Of a stretch of DNA of 64,000 bases, positions 50,506 through 62,697 are shown in pieces (positions within the stretch are counted from its first letter, which is position 1; the number at the start of each line of letters is the position of its first letter). The notes below the pieces were generated by a model. The model saw only the letters and a list, made by a program, of their open reading frames with translations. It had not been told where the DNA came from and ran no database searches. A program made the position numbers and the translations under genes. Source of the stretch: Cyanophyceae cyanobacterium (GTDB lineage Bacteria; Cyanobacteriota; Cyanobacteriia; Cyanobacteriales; JBHJGN01); NCBI GenBank assembly GCA_050331735.1, contig JBHJGN010000031.1:1-64000 (forward strand), written 5' to 3'.

Positions 50506-51615
50506 TTAAAGAGCTTCTGCTGTGGCTGGAGAGGCGGCTAGTTCTTCTAATTGTTCCTGCTGATCCTGGGCAATGCAGGATTGTAGCACTTCTTCTAGGT
50601 TTCCTTCCAAAACCCCCGCTAAGCTAAAGTTTTGGTTCAGTCGGTGATCTGTAGCGCGGTTGTCTTTGTAATTGTAGGTGCGAATCTTCTCGGAGCGTGC
50701 GCCAGTCCCTACCTGTGATCGCCGCCTGGATGTGACCTCAGCTTGCTGTTCCTGGAGCTTCATCTCGTATAGCTTTGCGCGCAGAATCTGCATCGCTCGC
50801 TCGCGGTTTTGTAGCTGCGAGCGTTCTTCGGTACAAAAAATTCTAATCCCTGTCGGTTTATGAAACAGGTCAACAGCCGTTTCTACTTTATTGACGTTTT
50901 GTCCGCCAGCGCCGCCGGAACGAGCGGTACTCACTTCAATCTCTTTCGGGTCTATCTCAATTTCGACCGCATCTACTTCTGGCATCACAGCCACCGTTGC
51001 TGTTGAGGTATGCACCCTGCCTCCGGCCTCTGTCACCGGCACCCGCTGAACGCGGTGGACCCCGGCTTCGTACTTGAGCTTACTATAAACCTGCTCTCCC
51101 TGAATCTCGAGAATGGCTTCTTTAAATCCTCCCATATCCGCTAGGGACTCGCTCACCAGCTTGACGTTCCAGCCCTGAGATTCGGCATAGCGGGAGTACA
51201 GGCGAACCAAATCCCCGGCCCAGATACTTGCCTCATCGCCTCCGGTGCCAGCACGAATCTCCAGCATAATGTTCTTCTCGTCGTTAGGGTCACGGGGCAG
51301 CAGCAAAATTTTGAGCCGCGTTTCCAAGGCTTCAAGTCTGTCTTCTAGCTCCTGAACTTCTAGCGCGGCCATTTCCTTGAGCTCTGTATCTCCGCTGGCT
51401 TCTTTAAGAATCTGTCGTGCTCCGGCCAACTCTTCTTGGGACTCTTTCCACTGCTCATAGGTAAGGACGGTTTCTTCAAGAGAAGAACGCGCTTTGGCGA
51501 TTTTTTGCAGCTCGTCTGGATTGGTCGCGATATCCGGGTCGGCCAGACGGCGCGTTAATTCTTGAAAGGTTTGCTCAACGGAGTGCAGTTTTTCTAGCAG
51601 ATAAGTCTCAGCCAT
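50506..51615 (-). CDS. prfA: peptide chain release factor 1
   Basis: GGQ motif and RF1-specific PVT. Confidence 0.97.
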   Translation of the reverse strand: MAETYLLEKLHSVEQTFQELTRRLADPDIATNPDELQKIAKARSSLEETVLTYEQWKESQEELAGARQILKEASGDTELKEMAALEVQELEDRLEALETRLKILLLPRDPNDEKNIMLEIRAGTGGDEASIWAGDLVRLYSRYAESQGWNVKLVSESLADMGGFKEAILEIQGEQVYSKLKYEAGVHRVQRVPVTEAGGRVHTSTATVAVMPEVDAVEIEIDPKEIEVSTARSGGAGGQNVNKVETAVDLFHKPTGIRIFCTEERSQLQNRERAMQILRAKLYEMKLQEQQAEVTSRRRSQVGTGARSEKIRTYNYKDNRATDHRLNQNFSLAGVLEGNLEEVLQSCIAQDQQEQLEELAASPATAEAL

Positions 51616-51702
51616 AGTGACAGGATAGAACGCTTACAAAAAATAGCTCAGGCGCGATCGCGCCCTCAATAAACTCAGCCAAATCTCGACGGAGTTACCG
51701 CG

Positions 51703-51948
51703 CTACTTTTCCTTCGCATCATTGGCGTTATCTGCACTGCTGTCGAGCATTCCATACTTACGCAAGAAGCGGTCTACTCTTCCTTCGGTATCGATAATCT
51801 TTTGAGTTCCGGTGTAGAAAGGGTGGTTACCAGACCAAACTTCTACGTTGATCTCTGGCTTGGTTGAGCCGACCGTCATGACGACTTCGCCGTTGCAGAT
51901 GACCTTGGCTTCTGGGTACCATTCTGGATGAATTCCTGATTTAGGCAT
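51703..51948 (-). CDS. rpmE: 50S ribosomal protein L31
   Basis: IHP, NHPFYTG, GRVDRF. Confidence 0.96.
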   Translation of the reverse strand: MPKSGIHPEWYPEAKVICNGEVVMTVGSTKPEINVEVWSGNHPFYTGTQKIIDTEGRVDRFLRKYGMLDSSADNANDAKEK

Positions 51949-51978
51949 CGCTCTATTTCAACTGTCTTTACTATGATT

Positions 51979-52386
51979 TTAACGTTTCGAGAACTGCGGG
52001 GCTTTGCGAGCTTTGTGCAAACCATATTTTTTCCGCTCCTTCGCTCGCGGATCGCGGGTTAAGTACCCTTCGGACTTGAGCGGCTGACGGTTTTCGGGAT
52101 CGAGCTGGCATAATGCTCTTGCAACGCCGAGCTTCACCGCGTCAGATTGCCCGGTTAGGCCGCCACCGTGAGCGTTTACTAAGATGTCATAGTCGTTTTC
52201 TAGCCCAAGGGTTTCTAGAGGAGCTTTGACTGATACTAAGTACTTGGGAATCCGATTAAAATAAATTTCTCCTGGCTTGCCATTAACAGCAATCTTTCCA
52301 CTACCGGGAATCAGACGCACTCTCGCTACCGATGATTTGCGCCGTCCGGTTCCCCAGTATACAGCTCGATTATCTCCTGTCTGCAT
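51979..52386 (-). CDS. rpsI: 30S ribosomal protein S9
   Basis: [21 protein letters not shown]. Confidence 0.97.
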   Translation of the reverse strand: MQTGDNRAVYWGTGRRKSSVARVRLIPGSGKIAVNGKPGEIYFNRIPKYLVSVKAPLETLGLENDYDILVNAHGGGLTGQSDAVKLGVARALCQLDPENRQPLKSEGYLTRDPRAKERKKYGLHKARKAPQFSKR

Positions 52387-52841
52387 TATTGACCTCCACT
52401 CGGAATTGTATTGATAGTTAACTCTTGGGGTTGTTGAGCCTGATGGGGGTGGTCGGGCCCCTTGTACACCTTCAGTTTGGTGAATAATTTGCGACCGAGA
52501 GCATTTTTGGGCAGCATCCCTCTGACAGCTTGCTCAATAATTCTTTCGGGAATCCGAGCCTGGAGCTGTTCAAAAGTTTCGCTTTTCATGCCACCCGGGC
52601 GACCTGAATGCCGCCGGTACAGTTTTTGAGAACTTTTTTTGCCAGTCACAACGACTTTCTCGGCATTGACAACAATCACAAAATCGCCGGTATCCATGTG
52701 CGGGGTGTAGATCGCTTTATTTTTGCCCCGTAGAATCATGGCAATGGTGGTAGCTAAGCGACCGAGACGCTGGTCGGCAGCGTCTACCACGTACCATTGC
52801 TGATTGAGAGTTTTAGGGGTAGGGAGAGGGGTTTTTATCAT
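52386..52841 (-). CDS. rplM: 50S ribosomal protein L13
   Basis: WYVVDA, LGRLA, GMLPKN, HPHQAQ. Confidence 0.97.
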   Translation of the reverse strand: MIKTPLPTPKTLNQQWYVVDAADQRLGRLATTIAMILRGKNKAIYTPHMDTGDFVIVVNAEKVVVTGKKSSQKLYRRHSGRPGGMKSETFEQLQARIPERIIEQAVRGMLPKNALGRKLFTKLKVYKGPDHPHQAQQPQELTINTIPSGGQ

Positions 52842-52905
52842 CTTGACAAGAGGCTAGTAATACAATCAATCGTTTACAATTTGACTATCAAACGGCATTC
52901 AATCT

Positions 52906-53739
52906 TCAAGCGCTATCACTGCGCGAATCAAACAAAAACTTTGGCTGCGTCTCAAACCAGGCTTCTTTGGGGAAGGGCGATTCCGGATAGCCAACTCTTA
53001 ACAGACAGAGACCTTTTGCTGGAGCCGAATATTTAACTTCTTCACGCCTTTGCTCCAGCCACAGTTGAGTAAAGCTTTGAGGCGATCGCTTACGAGTACC
53101 AACCTCAACTAGCATACCAACTAGCAGCCTCACCATTCCATAGAGAAATCCACTGGCCTGAATCTCCATGTGAACAAATGGTCCCTGTCGGTAGCATTCT
53201 GCGTCCTGAATTTCTACCCAGGAGTGAGCGCGAGACGAACCGGCCCGGTGAAAAGCGGCGAGATGATGTTTCCCGAGCAGCGGATTAAGAGCGTTTTGCA
53301 TCAGAGATTCCTGGAGCGGGGTGCGGTAGTAATGCCAGCTAAACGGCTTGACGAATAGGTTTGGCCGCTTGTCTGTGTAGATGGAATAGCGATAGCGCCG
53401 CCATCGGGCAGAAAAACGCGCGTGCCACGTTGAGGGCACTTGGGCTGAGGCTCTAATGAGGATATCTTGAGGCAGCCGGGAGTTCAGTACCGAGGCCCAG
53501 CGTAGGCCAGGAATCGGTCCACTACAGTCAAAATGAGCGACCTGAGCCGCAGCGTGGACTCCAGCATCGGTCCTGCCAGCACCGTGTAAAGAAACTGGTT
53601 GCTGCCAAGCGCTCTCGATGGCGGTTTCTATTTCTGCTTGAACGGTGCGCTGATTTGGTTGGCGCTGCCAGCCATGAAAGTTTGTCCCCAAGTATTGAAC
53701 GACCAGGGCAATGCGCTTTTTGCTCGTTGGTTGCTCCAT
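52906..53739 (-). CDS. truA: tRNA pseudouridine(38-40) synthase
   Basis: GWQRQ, AGRTDAGVHA, FLYGMVR. Confidence 0.96.
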   Translation of the reverse strand: MEQPTSKKRIALVVQYLGTNFHGWQRQPNQRTVQAEIETAIESAWQQPVSLHGAGRTDAGVHAAAQVAHFDCSGPIPGLRWASVLNSRLPQDILIRASAQVPSTWHARFSARWRRYRYSIYTDKRPNLFVKPFSWHYYRTPLQESLMQNALNPLLGKHHLAAFHRAGSSRAHSWVEIQDAECYRQGPFVHMEIQASGFLYGMVRLLVGMLVEVGTRKRSPQSFTQLWLEQRREEVKYSAPAKGLCLLRVGYPESPFPKEAWFETQPKFLFDSRSDSA

Positions 53740-53777
53740 GATTCCCGCGCTACGCCGTCACCTTGCTGCTTTCGGTC

Positions 53778-54128
53778 TTACACTAGCTCGATAATTGCCA
53801 TTTCAGCATTGTCGCCTCGCCGACGGACTGTCCGGACGACACGAGTGTACCCACCGTGGCGATTGCCGTAGCGTTCTGGGGCTTGAGCAAAGAGAGCATG
53901 GACTAAATTTTTATCATACAGATAGCCAATGGCTCTTCTCCTAGCTTCTAGAGACCCGTCTTTGGCTAAAGTAATCATCCGCTCTGCTTCTTGTCGCACC
54001 GCTTTAGCGCGGGCTTTGGTTGTTTTAATTTGGCCGTGGCGAATCAGTTCGGTGGTCAGAGTTCTCAACAAAGCTTTTCGTTGGTCGGCTGGTTTTCCTA
54101 GTTCCGGTGTCCGACATCGATGACGCAT
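53778..54128 (-). CDS. rplQ: 50S ribosomal protein L17
   Basis: [18 protein letters not shown]. Confidence 0.97.
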   Translation of the reverse strand: MRHRCRTPELGKPADQRKALLRTLTTELIRHGQIKTTKARAKAVRQEAERMITLAKDGSLEARRRAIGYLYDKNLVHALFAQAPERYGNRHGGYTRVVRTVRRRGDNAEMAIIELV

Positions 54129-54220
54129 AGCTATATCCTCCTTAATTAATACGTACTAATAGTTATGGCATATCCTGCTGATTAACTAGTCTAAATCAGG
54201 GGCAAGAGCGCTATTGACGG

Positions 54221-55165
54221 TTAAGTTTTAGCCGTTCTTTCCTGGGGAAGAGTAATTCCTAAACGCTTTTGCAAGGCTTCGATGACCTCCTCTGCTGATT
54301 TCTGACCAAAGTTTTTGATTTCTAACAAATCTTCTTGCGAATAGTCCAGCAGGTCAGCTACAGAGTTGATCTGGGCTCGCTTGAGACAGTTGTAAGCTCG
54401 GACTGATAGCTGAAGTTCTTCGATCGGAATTTGGCTGGCGGGATCTTCTTCAACCTGATATTCTTCTGGCTGATCGATGAGAGTCAAATCTTTGAGAGGG
54501 TTAAACAAATCGACGACAATATCTGCCGCTTGAGAAAGAGCCTCTTCCGGTTTAAGGCTGCCGTTGGTCCAAATTTCTAGAGTTAAGCGGTCTTTGGCGA
54601 AAGAGCCGTCAACTCGGGCATCTTCGACACTATATTTCACTTTCGTAACGGGCATGAAAATAGCATCGATCTGTAGAAAGTCTAGCGAAGTAGTTTCGTC
54701 TTTACTTCGATTGATAGCTCGATACCCCTTGCCTTTCTCAATGCGGAATTCCATTTCTAGTTTCGCTCCCTCAGCGAGGGTGGCAATATACTGATTTGGA
54801 TCGACGACTTCTACTTCAGAAGGAAGCTCGAACTGCGCGGCTGTTACCGTAGCCGCACCAGTTGCCACGAGACGACCAATTTGGGGTTGATTGGTATAGC
54901 TCCTCAGATTAACCTCCTTCATATTGAGAATAATCTCTAAAACGTCTTCTCGAACTCCTTGAATGGTGGCAAACTCGTGGTTAACCCCGGCAATTCTAAT
55001 CGCTGTCACGGCTGTTCCTTCTAGATTGGATAGCAATACCCGCCTCAGCGAATTACCTACGGTTGTTCCTTGTCCGCGCTCTAGAGGCTCTAGAACAAAT
55101 TTGCTATACTGGGTTTGGTTCTTGTTCGTCTTAGATTCAACACACTCAATTTGAAACTGCGTCAT
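54221..55165 (-). CDS. rpoA: RNA polymerase alpha subunit
   Basis: EPLERGQGTTVGNSLRR, LSVRAYNCLKR; start at MTQFQIEC. Confidence 0.97.
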   Translation of the reverse strand: MTQFQIECVESKTNKNQTQYSKFVLEPLERGQGTTVGNSLRRVLLSNLEGTAVTAIRIAGVNHEFATIQGVREDVLEIILNMKEVNLRSYTNQPQIGRLVATGAATVTAAQFELPSEVEVVDPNQYIATLAEGAKLEMEFRIEKGKGYRAINRSKDETTSLDFLQIDAIFMPVTKVKYSVEDARVDGSFAKDRLTLEIWTNGSLKPEEALSQAADIVVDLFNPLKDLTLIDQPEEYQVEEDPASQIPIEELQLSVRAYNCLKRAQINSVADLLDYSQEDLLEIKNFGQKSAEEVIEALQKRLGITLPQERTAKT

Positions 55166-55401
55166 AGAGTGACCTTCCTCTTCCTTAATTGTCATTAATC
55201 ACTGACCGATGTGAATGTGAGCGTGTCTGGATCCCCGTTCACAGCGAAATCATTGATTTAGTTTGTCTTCATTCGGGATTAGCTAGCGAGGATGTGCAGG
55301 GTATGATCGCTAGCTCCCAGCTTGTTGGGAAGTTGAGCAACTTCTCGAACTTGGCTCATGCTACCTATCTATCTGAACCAACCCACTGACAAAATTTCTG
55401 C

Positions 55402-55794
55402 TTAAACGCGACGGCGTTTAGGAGGGCGACAGCCGTTGTGAGGGATCGGAGTGACGTCTCTAATTAAGGTGATTTCCAGCCCTGAACCTTGAAGAGCGCG
55501 AATGGCGGTTTCTCTGCCCGCGCCTGGACCGCTTACCATCACCTCAATTTGACGCATTCCTTGCTCAATTGCTCGTCTAGCAGCGCTATCTGCCGCTGTT
55601 TGTGCGGCAAATGGAGTTCCTTTTTTGGCTCCTTTAAATCCACTCGAACCAGCAGAAGCCCAGGAAATGACATCGCCACCAGCGTCAGCAATCGTCACGA
55701 TAGTATTGTTAAAAGTCGATTGAATATAGGCAACTCCATTGGGTACGTTGCGTTTTTGCTTTTTTGAGCTGCTTTTTTTGCTTGGTCGCGCCAT
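55402..55794 (-). CDS. rpsK: 30S ribosomal protein S11
   Basis: [29 protein letters not shown]. Confidence 0.98.
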   Translation of the reverse strand: MARPSKKSSSKKQKRNVPNGVAYIQSTFNNTIVTIADAGGDVISWASAGSSGFKGAKKGTPFAAQTAADSAARRAIEQGMRQIEVMVSGPGAGRETAIRALQGSGLEITLIRDVTPIPHNGCRPPKRRRV

Positions 55795-55843
55795 ATTAAC
55801 TTCACCAAATTAATCAACAAACTGTATCAGGACTGCTGTATCT

Positions 55844-56227
55844 CTACTTTTTAGCTGGGGGTTTTTTCTTGCCGGCAATGGTTAATTTCCGACCACGACG
55901 AGTTCTAGCGTTGGTACGAGTTCTCTGTCCGCGAACGGGCAGTCCTTGCCGATGTCGGCGTCCTCGATAGGTGCCGATATCGACTAGCCGCTTAATATTC
56001 ATCGCTTCTAGCCGCCTCAAATCTCCTTCAATCTGGTAGGTTGAGTCGATGTGAGCGCGCAAAGTCGTTACCTCTTCGTCTGCTAAATCCCTTACTCTTG
56101 TATCAGGATTGACTCCAGTAGCTGCTAAGATTTCTTGAGACCGAGACAACCCAATTCCATAGATGTAGGTTAGAGCAATTTCTACTCGTTTATCGCGAGG
56201 TAAATCTACCCCAGAAATTCTTGCCAC
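55844..56227 (-). CDS. rpsM: 30S ribosomal protein S13
   Basis: [22 protein letters not shown]. Confidence 0.98.
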   Translation of the reverse strand: MARISGVDLPRDKRVEIALTYIYGIGLSRSQEILAATGVNPDTRVRDLADEEVTTLRAHIDSTYQIEGDLRRLEAMNIKRLVDIGTYRGRRHRQGLPVRGQRTRTNARTRRGRKLTIAGKKKPPAKK

Positions 56228-56281
56228 TCTTTTTCCTCTCTTTGAAGATTGTTACAACACAATGGTTCGGCTCTGCTAGCT

Positions 56282-56395
56282 TTATCCCTGGCGCTGCTTG
56301 TGCTTGGGGTTGGAACAAAGAACCATAACTTTACCGCGACGGCGGATGACGCGGCATTTTTCACACATTTTTTTGACGGATGCTCTGACTTTCAT
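56282..56395 (-). CDS. rpmJ: 50S ribosomal protein L36
   Basis: Manual translation (below ORF-track cutoff): [37 protein letters not shown]. Confidence 0.97.
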   Translation of the reverse strand: MKVRASVKKMCEKCRVIRRRGKVMVLCSNPKHKQRQG

Positions 56396-56499
56396 GCCTT
56401 TTTAAGCGACACTGCAAGCTTGCTATTGTAGCATTCTTGATTGACTTACGTCAAGAAACTGAGTCTGACAAGAAGCTGACTAGCTGAACGGGTGCCAGT

Positions 56500-56724
56500 T
56501 TACTTCTTTTTCAGACGATAAGTAATTCTTCCTTTTGTTAAGTCGTAGGGGGTTAGCTCTACTTTGACGCGATCACCGGGCAGAATCTTGATATAGTTTC
56601 TACGAATTTTTCCAGAAATATGGGCAAGTACATTAAAGCCGTTGTCTAGATCGACACGGAACATAGCGTTTGGAAGGGATTCAGTAACCGTCCCTTCCAT
56701 TTCAATTAAATCTTGTTTAGACAA
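56500..56724 (-). CDS. infA: translation initiation factor IF-1
   Basis: [27 protein letters not shown] start. Confidence 0.96.
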   Translation of the reverse strand: MSKQDLIEMEGTVTESLPNAMFRVDLDNGFNVLAHISGKIRRNYIKILPGDRVKVELTPYDLTKGRITYRLKKK

Positions 56725-56854
56725 TGTAGCAATCCTCAACTGCAATCAGGACATTTGGGCTTGAGCGAGTCCTAGATTCACTTCCTCACATCGTATCTTC
56801 GCAAATTTTATCAAATATTGGGTGTCTCTAGCAGCTAGGCGACCAGCGCAGAAG

Positions 56855-57412
56855 TCAGCTAATCAGTTGCTTGATTGAGTTTGACACAGATTCTGGAGGG
56901 CGGTCGCCGTTGACAGAGTGAAGTTTATTTTTGCTGCTGTAATAATCGATCAACGGGGTTGTTTTCTCGCGATATACCTCTAAGCGTCGCCGGATGGTTT
57001 CTTCTGTATCGTCTTTTCGTCCCCTGGATAACAAACGCTCAATCAGCACTCCATCAGGAACTTCCAAATTAACGACTGCCACGCCATTTTGGTCAATCTC
57101 TTCTAAGAGTTGGTCTAGAAATGTTGCCTGAGCCACATTTCTAGGAAAGCCATCGAGAATCCAGCCCGGCTCAACATCTTGTTGTCTCAGCCGTTCTCGA
57201 ATCAAGTTAAGTATCAATTCATCAGGCACCAACTCTCCTTGATCGACATAGGCCTGAGCTTTTTGACCAAGAGTGGTTCCTTGAGCAATGGCGCCACGCA
57301 AAATTTCCCCCGTTGAAATATGAGGAATCTGAAGAAGCTTTGCTAACATTTGAGCTTGCGTTCCCTTACCGGCTCCCGGTGGACCCAGAAAAATCAATCC
57401 TGTTTTAATCAT
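56855..57412 (-). CDS. adk: adenylate kinase
   Basis: GPPGAGKGTQ, LDGFPR. Confidence 0.97.
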   Translation of the reverse strand: MIKTGLIFLGPPGAGKGTQAQMLAKLLQIPHISTGEILRGAIAQGTTLGQKAQAYVDQGELVPDELILNLIRERLRQQDVEPGWILDGFPRNVAQATFLDQLLEEIDQNGVAVVNLEVPDGVLIERLLSRGRKDDTEETIRRRLEVYREKTTPLIDYYSSKNKLHSVNGDRPPESVSNSIKQLIS

Positions 57413-57455
57413 TAATTATCCCTCTATAGCAACTGTAGACAGTCGCAGCCAGCGT

Positions 57456-58772
57456 CTACTGCTTAACCATGCCTTCATATCGCTGAGAGATGACATAGGT
57501 TTGTACTTGCTTAGATGTATCAATAGCAACCCCAACTAAAATGAGCAGTGACGTTGCTCCTAGCCCTCTAAACGTCGTAACGTTCGTAGCACTTTCCACT
57601 AAAGTAGGCACAGTAGCAACAATTCCTAGAAAAATCGCCCCCAAAAGGGTCAGACGATTCAAGACACCTTCTAAATAGGCGCTGGTTGCCTTTCCCGGAC
57701 GAATTCCGGGGATACTCGCTCCCATTTTTTTTAGATTCTGGGACATATCAACCGGATTAGCAATCAAGGAGGCATAGAAGTAGCTAAAGAAGAGAATTAA
57801 CAGCAGATAAACAACAACGTAGATCCAGCTTCCCGGTCTAAGGGCATTCGTTACCGCTCCTAGGGCTTGGCTTACGGCCCCCTCACCCCTGACAAAACCA
57901 GCCAGAGAAGAAGGCAAAATGAGGACAGCGGAGGCAAAAATAATCGGCATAACGCCTCCTTGATTTAGTCTGAGCGGCAAATAATTCGTTCTTTCTCTAT
58001 AGACTCGTCTGCCTACCTGCCGACGAGCAGAAACAATCGGAATCCGTCTCGTTCCTTCCTGAACAAAGACGATCCCCACAATCATGACTAGAAAGACTAG
58101 CAGCAAAATGACAACTTGAGCGACTGCCTCCCGACCGCCCTGCTGAGCAAACTCAATCGTGTTGCCAAGGGTTCTTGGCAATACAGCAACGATGTTAACG
58201 AAGATGAGTAAAGAAGCTCCGTTACCGATACCTCTTTCCGTGATTAACTCAGATACCCACATGACAAACATTGAACCGGCCGTTAACGCCAGCGCCGTTT
58301 CCGCGACAAACCAAATCCCTGGATTAACGGCGTAGGGGCGGAGAAAGCCAACCGTAATCCCAACGCTGTTGATAATTGCCCAGCCGAGAGCGACATAGCG
58401 AGTAATCTGAGAAATTTTGCGTCGCCCTGCTTCTCCTTCGTTTTTCTGGAGGTCTTCAAGGGCTGGAATCGCAGCCGTCAGTAGCTGCATAATAATAGAA
58501 GCATTGATAAACGGTAAAATACCGATTGCGAAGATACCAAGGGCAGAAAGACCGCCGCCTGTAAAAATATCTAAAAATCCAAGGAACGGGAGGTTTTGGA
58601 TCCCCTCAGCAAATCTGGCTCGGTCAATTCCCGGTACGGGGATAAAGACACCAAAACGAACCAAGATTAGCAGACCAATTGTCACCAGCAGCCGCCCTCT
58701 AAGGCCAGCAGCCTGGGCCATCTGCATAAAAGTTTCTTGAGCTGTAGGGGTTTTACCTCGACTAACAACCAT
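57456..58772 (-). CDS. secY: preprotein translocase SecY
   Basis: GILPFINASII, GIGNGASL, IPGIRPG; 10 TM helices. Confidence 0.98.
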   Translation of the reverse strand: MVVSRGKTPTAQETFMQMAQAAGLRGRLLVTIGLLILVRFGVFIPVPGIDRARFAEGIQNLPFLGFLDIFTGGGLSALGIFAIGILPFINASIIMQLLTAAIPALEDLQKNEGEAGRRKISQITRYVALGWAIINSVGITVGFLRPYAVNPGIWFVAETALALTAGSMFVMWVSELITERGIGNGASLLIFVNIVAVLPRTLGNTIEFAQQGGREAVAQVVILLLVFLVMIVGIVFVQEGTRRIPIVSARRQVGRRVYRERTNYLPLRLNQGGVMPIIFASAVLILPSSLAGFVRGEGAVSQALGAVTNALRPGSWIYVVVYLLLILFFSYFYASLIANPVDMSQNLKKMGASIPGIRPGKATSAYLEGVLNRLTLLGAIFLGIVATVPTLVESATNVTTFRGLGATSLLILVGVAIDTSKQVQTYVISQRYEGMVKQ

Positions 58773-58881
58773 GTACGGCTACCTATGTGGGTGGGCAAAT
58801 GAGCTAAAAAACGCTTTGATTGACTCTTTAAACTCTAGTATAATTGAAGGCCGCTAATAATTTTCTCCGTGGACAAAGAAG

Positions 58882-59325
58882 CTAATTAGTCTGGCAACTT
58901 CCTCCAGCCGCTTCAATTTTTTGCCGAGCACTCGCTGTAAAAGCGGCTGCCGTCACCTGAAGAGATACATTGATTTCACCGTCCCCCAAAATCTTCAAAG
59001 GACCATCATTGCTGGTAACAATTCCCCTTTCCAGCAGCGAAGCTAAGCTTACTTCTGCCTGATTAGGAAGTGACGCTAAGGCACCAACATTAATGATGGT
59101 GTAGCTCCGAGGATTAACGATGGGAAAATGTTTGAGTTTAGGAATGCGACGATAGAGAGGCATTTGCCCTCCCTCAAAACCAGGAGTAACTCCGGGACCG
59201 GAACGGGATTTTTGACCACGCATGCCAAATCCGCAGCTAGCACCTTGTCCGGCAGAGATTCCTCTTCCAAGACGCCGCCGGCGCTTTTTAGAACCCTCTT
59301 TTGGGGCTGCATCATTAAGTCTCAT
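58882..59325 (-). CDS. rplO: 50S ribosomal protein L15
   Basis: [20 protein letters not shown]; start at MRLNDAAP. Confidence 0.96.
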   Translation of the reverse strand: MRLNDAAPKEGSKKRRRRLGRGISAGQGASCGFGMRGQKSRSGPGVTPGFEGGQMPLYRRIPKLKHFPIVNPRSYTIINVGALASLPNQAEVSLASLLERGIVTSNDGPLKILGDGEINVSLQVTAAAFTASARQKIEAAGGSCQTN

Positions 59326-59347
59326 AAATAATTCCTTGAGCGAGAAA

Positions 59348-59869
59348 CTAAACATACAGTTGCTCAGCAGCAATACCTCTTTCCTGAGCCACTTCGGAAA
59401 ATGTCCGTACGCTCTCAAGAGCATTAATGGCTGCCCTGGCATTGTTGAGCGGATTGTTAGAACCAAGCTGCTTTGCTAGGATATTTTGGATGCCTGCAAG
59501 CTCTAGAACGGTACGTACCGCTCCGCCAGCAATTACTCCCGTACCGGGAGCAGCTGGTCTAATAATTACTTTTGCCCCTCCCGAGATTCCCTGGGTAATA
59601 TGGGTAATGGAGTTCGCTTTGGTTAGGGAAATATCGATCAGCTGCTTTCTGCCATCAGCTACTCCTTTGCGAACGGCCCCAATGACATCACTGGCTTTGC
59701 CAACGCCAACCCCTACTTGACCTCTCTCGTTACCGACGACAACAATCGCTCGAAAGCTAAGCTTTTTTCCGCCTTTAACAACCTTGCTCACGCGGCGAAT
59801 TTGAATAACTCTTTCCTGCCAGTTTGTCTCTTTCTCTCGAGTTCGACTATTCTTACGACGTTTTGCCAC
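59348..59869 (-). CDS. rpsE: 30S ribosomal protein S5
   Basis: [23 protein letters not shown]. Confidence 0.98.
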   Translation of the reverse strand: MAKRRKNSRTREKETNWQERVIQIRRVSKVVKGGKKLSFRAIVVVGNERGQVGVGVGKASDVIGAVRKGVADGRKQLIDISLTKANSITHITQGISGGAKVIIRPAAPGTGVIAGGAVRTVLELAGIQNILAKQLGSNNPLNNARAAINALESVRTFSEVAQERGIAAEQLYV

Positions 59870-59913
59870 TCGGTCATCTCCTTTTCTACTTAGTTACTGT
59901 TGTAAAAGGGCGC

Positions 59914-60276
59914 TTAAAAATCCAACCCAGCCTCGCGGGCGGCTTCAGCCAGTGAGCGAATGCGCCCGTGATAAATATAGCCGCCTCGGTCGAAGACCAC
60001 TTGCTGGATACCGCTCTCTATTGCTCGCTGAGCAACCAATTTTCCGACTTCGGTCGAAGCCTCACAGGTTGCACCGGTTGGCAATTTTTCTCGGAGTTCT
60101 GGCTCGAGAGTCGAGGCCGAAACTAAAGTTTTTTGGGCTGTATCGTCAATGACTTGAGCATAGATGTGCTGCTGGGAACGAAAGACCGATAAACGGGGTC
60201 TTTCGGGAGTGCCGTTGACTTTCCGACGCAAGCGGCGATGGCGACGCTGCACCAACTGTTTGCGAGTGAGTTTCAT
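59914..60276 (-). CDS. rplR: 50S ribosomal protein L18
   Basis: [19 protein letters not shown]. Confidence 0.98.
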   Translation of the reverse strand: MKLTRKQLVQRRHRRLRRKVNGTPERPRLSVFRSQQHIYAQVIDDTAQKTLVSASTLEPELREKLPTGATCEASTEVGKLVAQRAIESGIQQVVFDRGGYIYHGRIRSLAEAAREAGLDF

Positions 60277-60278
60277 AA

Positions 60279-60818
60279 TTACTTCTTCCCTGCCTTACCA
60301 GCTTTTTGCCTAATAAATTCGTCTGCGTAGCGAATTCCTTTTCCTTTGTAAGGTTCTGGCGGACGGACAGCGCGAATCTTAGCGGCAACGTTGCCAACCA
60401 CTTCCTTATCGATTCCGCTCACCGTTACTTCCGTATTTCTTTCGACGGCTACCTGAATCCCGTCGGGCATTTGCATGTCAACGGGCTTACTGTAGCCAAC
60501 GTTAAGAGTGAGCTTGCTTCCCTGAGCCTGAGCGCGATAGCCGACTCCGCGAATCTGCAGGCGTTTTTGAAATCCTTGAGAGACTCCTTCTACCATATTG
60601 AAAACAAGGGTGCGGGAGAGGCCGTGAAGTTGGCGAGCAGGACGAGATTCATCGTCTCTGACCACCTGTAAAGTATTACCGTCTTGGGTGATCGTCACCA
60701 AGGACGGTAGCTCTCTTGCGAGTGATCCCTTTGGTCCTTTGACAGCTACGTGTTGTCCGTTGATAGTCACCGTGACTTTATCTGGAACCGCAATCGGGAG
60801 TTTACCAATGCGAGACAT
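60279..60818 (-). CDS. rplF: 50S ribosomal protein L6
   Basis: [19 protein letters not shown]. Confidence 0.98.
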   Translation of the reverse strand: MSRIGKLPIAVPDKVTVTINGQHVAVKGPKGSLARELPSLVTITQDGNTLQVVRDDESRPARQLHGLSRTLVFNMVEGVSQGFQKRLQIRGVGYRAQAQGSKLTLNVGYSKPVDMQMPDGIQVAVERNTEVTVSGIDKEVVGNVAAKIRAVRPPEPYKGKGIRYADEFIRQKAGKAGKK

Positions 60819-60913
60819 TGCTTGACATCCTCATAAAAGAACAGTTAAACAGTAATTAATAAACAGACTAAATGGCTTCGGTCCCTGCTGATTACTCATT
60901 GACCGCTGACTAC

Positions 60914-61315
60914 TTACCACACATAACAAAGCACTTCACCGCCAACTCCCTGTCGTCGTGCTTCACGGTCTGTCATAATCCCTCTAGAGGTAGAAATGAT
61001 GGCAATGCCGATGCCGCCGAGAACTCGCGGAAGCTCTTTCCGGTTAGAGTAAACTCTCAATCCTGGTTTACTAACTCGCTTCAGCGTGCTAATAATTGGC
61101 TGCCTGTTTCTTCCCTTGTACTTGAGGGCAATTAACAAACGTTTGTCGATTCCTTCGCCAACTTCTTCAAAATTCTCAATAAATCCCTCATCTTTGAGAA
61201 CTTGAGCAATGCTGCGCGTCATTCGGGTCGTTGGAACACTTGTCGTTGGATGCCTGACCATACAGGCATTGCGAATCCGGGTCAGCATATCTGAAATCGT
61301 GTCGTTTGAGGCCAT
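60914..61315 (-). CDS. rpsH: 30S ribosomal protein S8
   Basis: [27 protein letters not shown]; start at MASND. Confidence 0.97.
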   Translation of the reverse strand: MASNDTISDMLTRIRNACMVRHPTTSVPTTRMTRSIAQVLKDEGFIENFEEVGEGIDKRLLIALKYKGRNRQPIISTLKRVSKPGLRVYSNRKELPRVLGGIGIAIISTSRGIMTDREARRQGVGGEVLCYVW

Positions 61316-61343
61316 TATCTTTCTTCTTTTCTCCCAGTCATCA

Positions 61344-61889
61344 TTAGCTATTGCGGAAAGGCATTCCCATTTCTTTGAGTAAGGCGCGACCTTCTTCATC
61401 AGTATTAGCTGTAGTCACGATAGAAATGTCCATTCCCCGAATTTGGTCAATGCTGTCGTAATCAATTTCTGGAAAAATTAACTGTTCTCGAATACCAAGA
61501 CTGTAGTTTCCTCGTCCGTCAAAGCTTTTAGGACTAATGCCTCGAAAATCTCGGATTCGAGGCAATGCTAGATTAATGAGCCGCTCTAGAAAGGCGTACA
61601 TCCGCTCAGAACGCAGCGTCACCATGACTCCGACCGGCATGCCCTCGCGGATCTTAAAGCCCGCGATCGCCTTTTTGGCTCGCGTCACCACTGGTTTTTG
61701 ACCTGTGATAATGGCTAATTCCTCCAGAGAAGATTCTAAAGATCTGGCGTTTTGGGAGGCTTCACCGAGTCCGCGATTGACGATCACTTTTTTGACCTTA
61801 GGAACCTGATGAACATTGGTATAGCCAAACTGTTCCTGCAGCTTGGGCACAATGGTTTCTTCGTATTGTGATTTAAGTCGTTGCACCAT
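61344..61889 (-). CDS. rplE: 50S ribosomal protein L5
   Basis: [22 protein letters not shown]. Confidence 0.98.
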   Translation of the reverse strand: MVQRLKSQYEETIVPKLQEQFGYTNVHQVPKVKKVIVNRGLGEASQNARSLESSLEELAIITGQKPVVTRAKKAIAGFKIREGMPVGVMVTLRSERMYAFLERLINLALPRIRDFRGISPKSFDGRGNYSLGIREQLIFPEIDYDSIDQIRGMDISIVTTANTDEEGRALLKEMGMPFRNS

Positions 61890-61969
61890 AATTTTTGCTG
61901 ATTTTCCCTGGGCTTGGTCAGGGAAGTGTTACGATTCAGTACAAAAGGGCTACATTGGAGAAGCCCCGC

Positions 61970-62311
61970 TTAATCAATAATTTCTCCCGTTTTTTTTAGC
62001 ATTCGCACCTTCCGTCCGTCGTCTGTAAAGGTGTAGCTAATTCGGCTGGCCACCTTTTCTTTTTCGGAGTAGAGCATCACGTTAGAGCTATGAATCGGGG
62101 CTTCAAACGTGGTGATTTGACCAGATTCTCCTTCTTGGGTGGGCTTAACGTGCTTTGTTTTGACGTTAACATTTTTAACGACCACCTTGCTGGTCTTGGG
62201 CAGAGTCTGAAGGATCTCCCCTACTTTACCCTTGTCTCGTCCAGTAATAACCTGAACGGTGTCGCCTTTCTTGACGTGCATTTCGTAGCGCACTGTTTTT
62301 TTCTTTGTCAT
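61970..62311 (-). CDS. rplX: 50S ribosomal protein L24
   Basis: [25 protein letters not shown]. Confidence 0.97.
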   Translation of the reverse strand: MTKKKTVRYEMHVKKGDTVQVITGRDKGKVGEILQTLPKTSKVVVKNVNVKTKHVKPTQEGESGQITTFEAPIHSSNVMLYSEKEKVASRISYTFTDDGRKVRMLKKTGEIID

Positions 62312-62679
62312 TACAGTACCTCCGGAGCCAAAGAAACGATTTTGGTAAAGTTCTTGTCGCGTAATTCGCGGGCGACGGGTCCGAAGACACGAGTTCCTCT
62401 GGGGTTCCCTTCTGGGTTAATAATGACGGCGGCGTTATCGTCGAAGCGAATACTCATGCCGCTCTCTCGCCGGAGAGACTGACGAGTACGCACGATCACG
62501 GCGCGAACGACATCTGATTTTTTCACCGCCATATTCGGAATTGCTTCTTTGACAACGGCAATAATGACATCACCAATGCTGCCGTAGCGACAGTTGCCGG
62601 TTCCTAGGACACGCAGACACATCAATTTTCGAGCGCCACTGTTGTCGGCTACGTTAAGATAAGTTTGCTGCTGAATCAT
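62311..62679 (-). CDS. rplN: 50S ribosomal protein L14
   Basis: [20 protein letters not shown]. Confidence 0.98.
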   Translation of the reverse strand: MIQQQTYLNVADNSGARKLMCLRVLGTGNCRYGSIGDVIIAVVKEAIPNMAVKKSDVVRAVIVRTRQSLRRESGMSIRFDDNAAVIINPEGNPRGTRVFGPVARELRDKNFTKIVSLAPEVL

Positions 62680-62697
62680 AGTGATAAGTGATACAAA

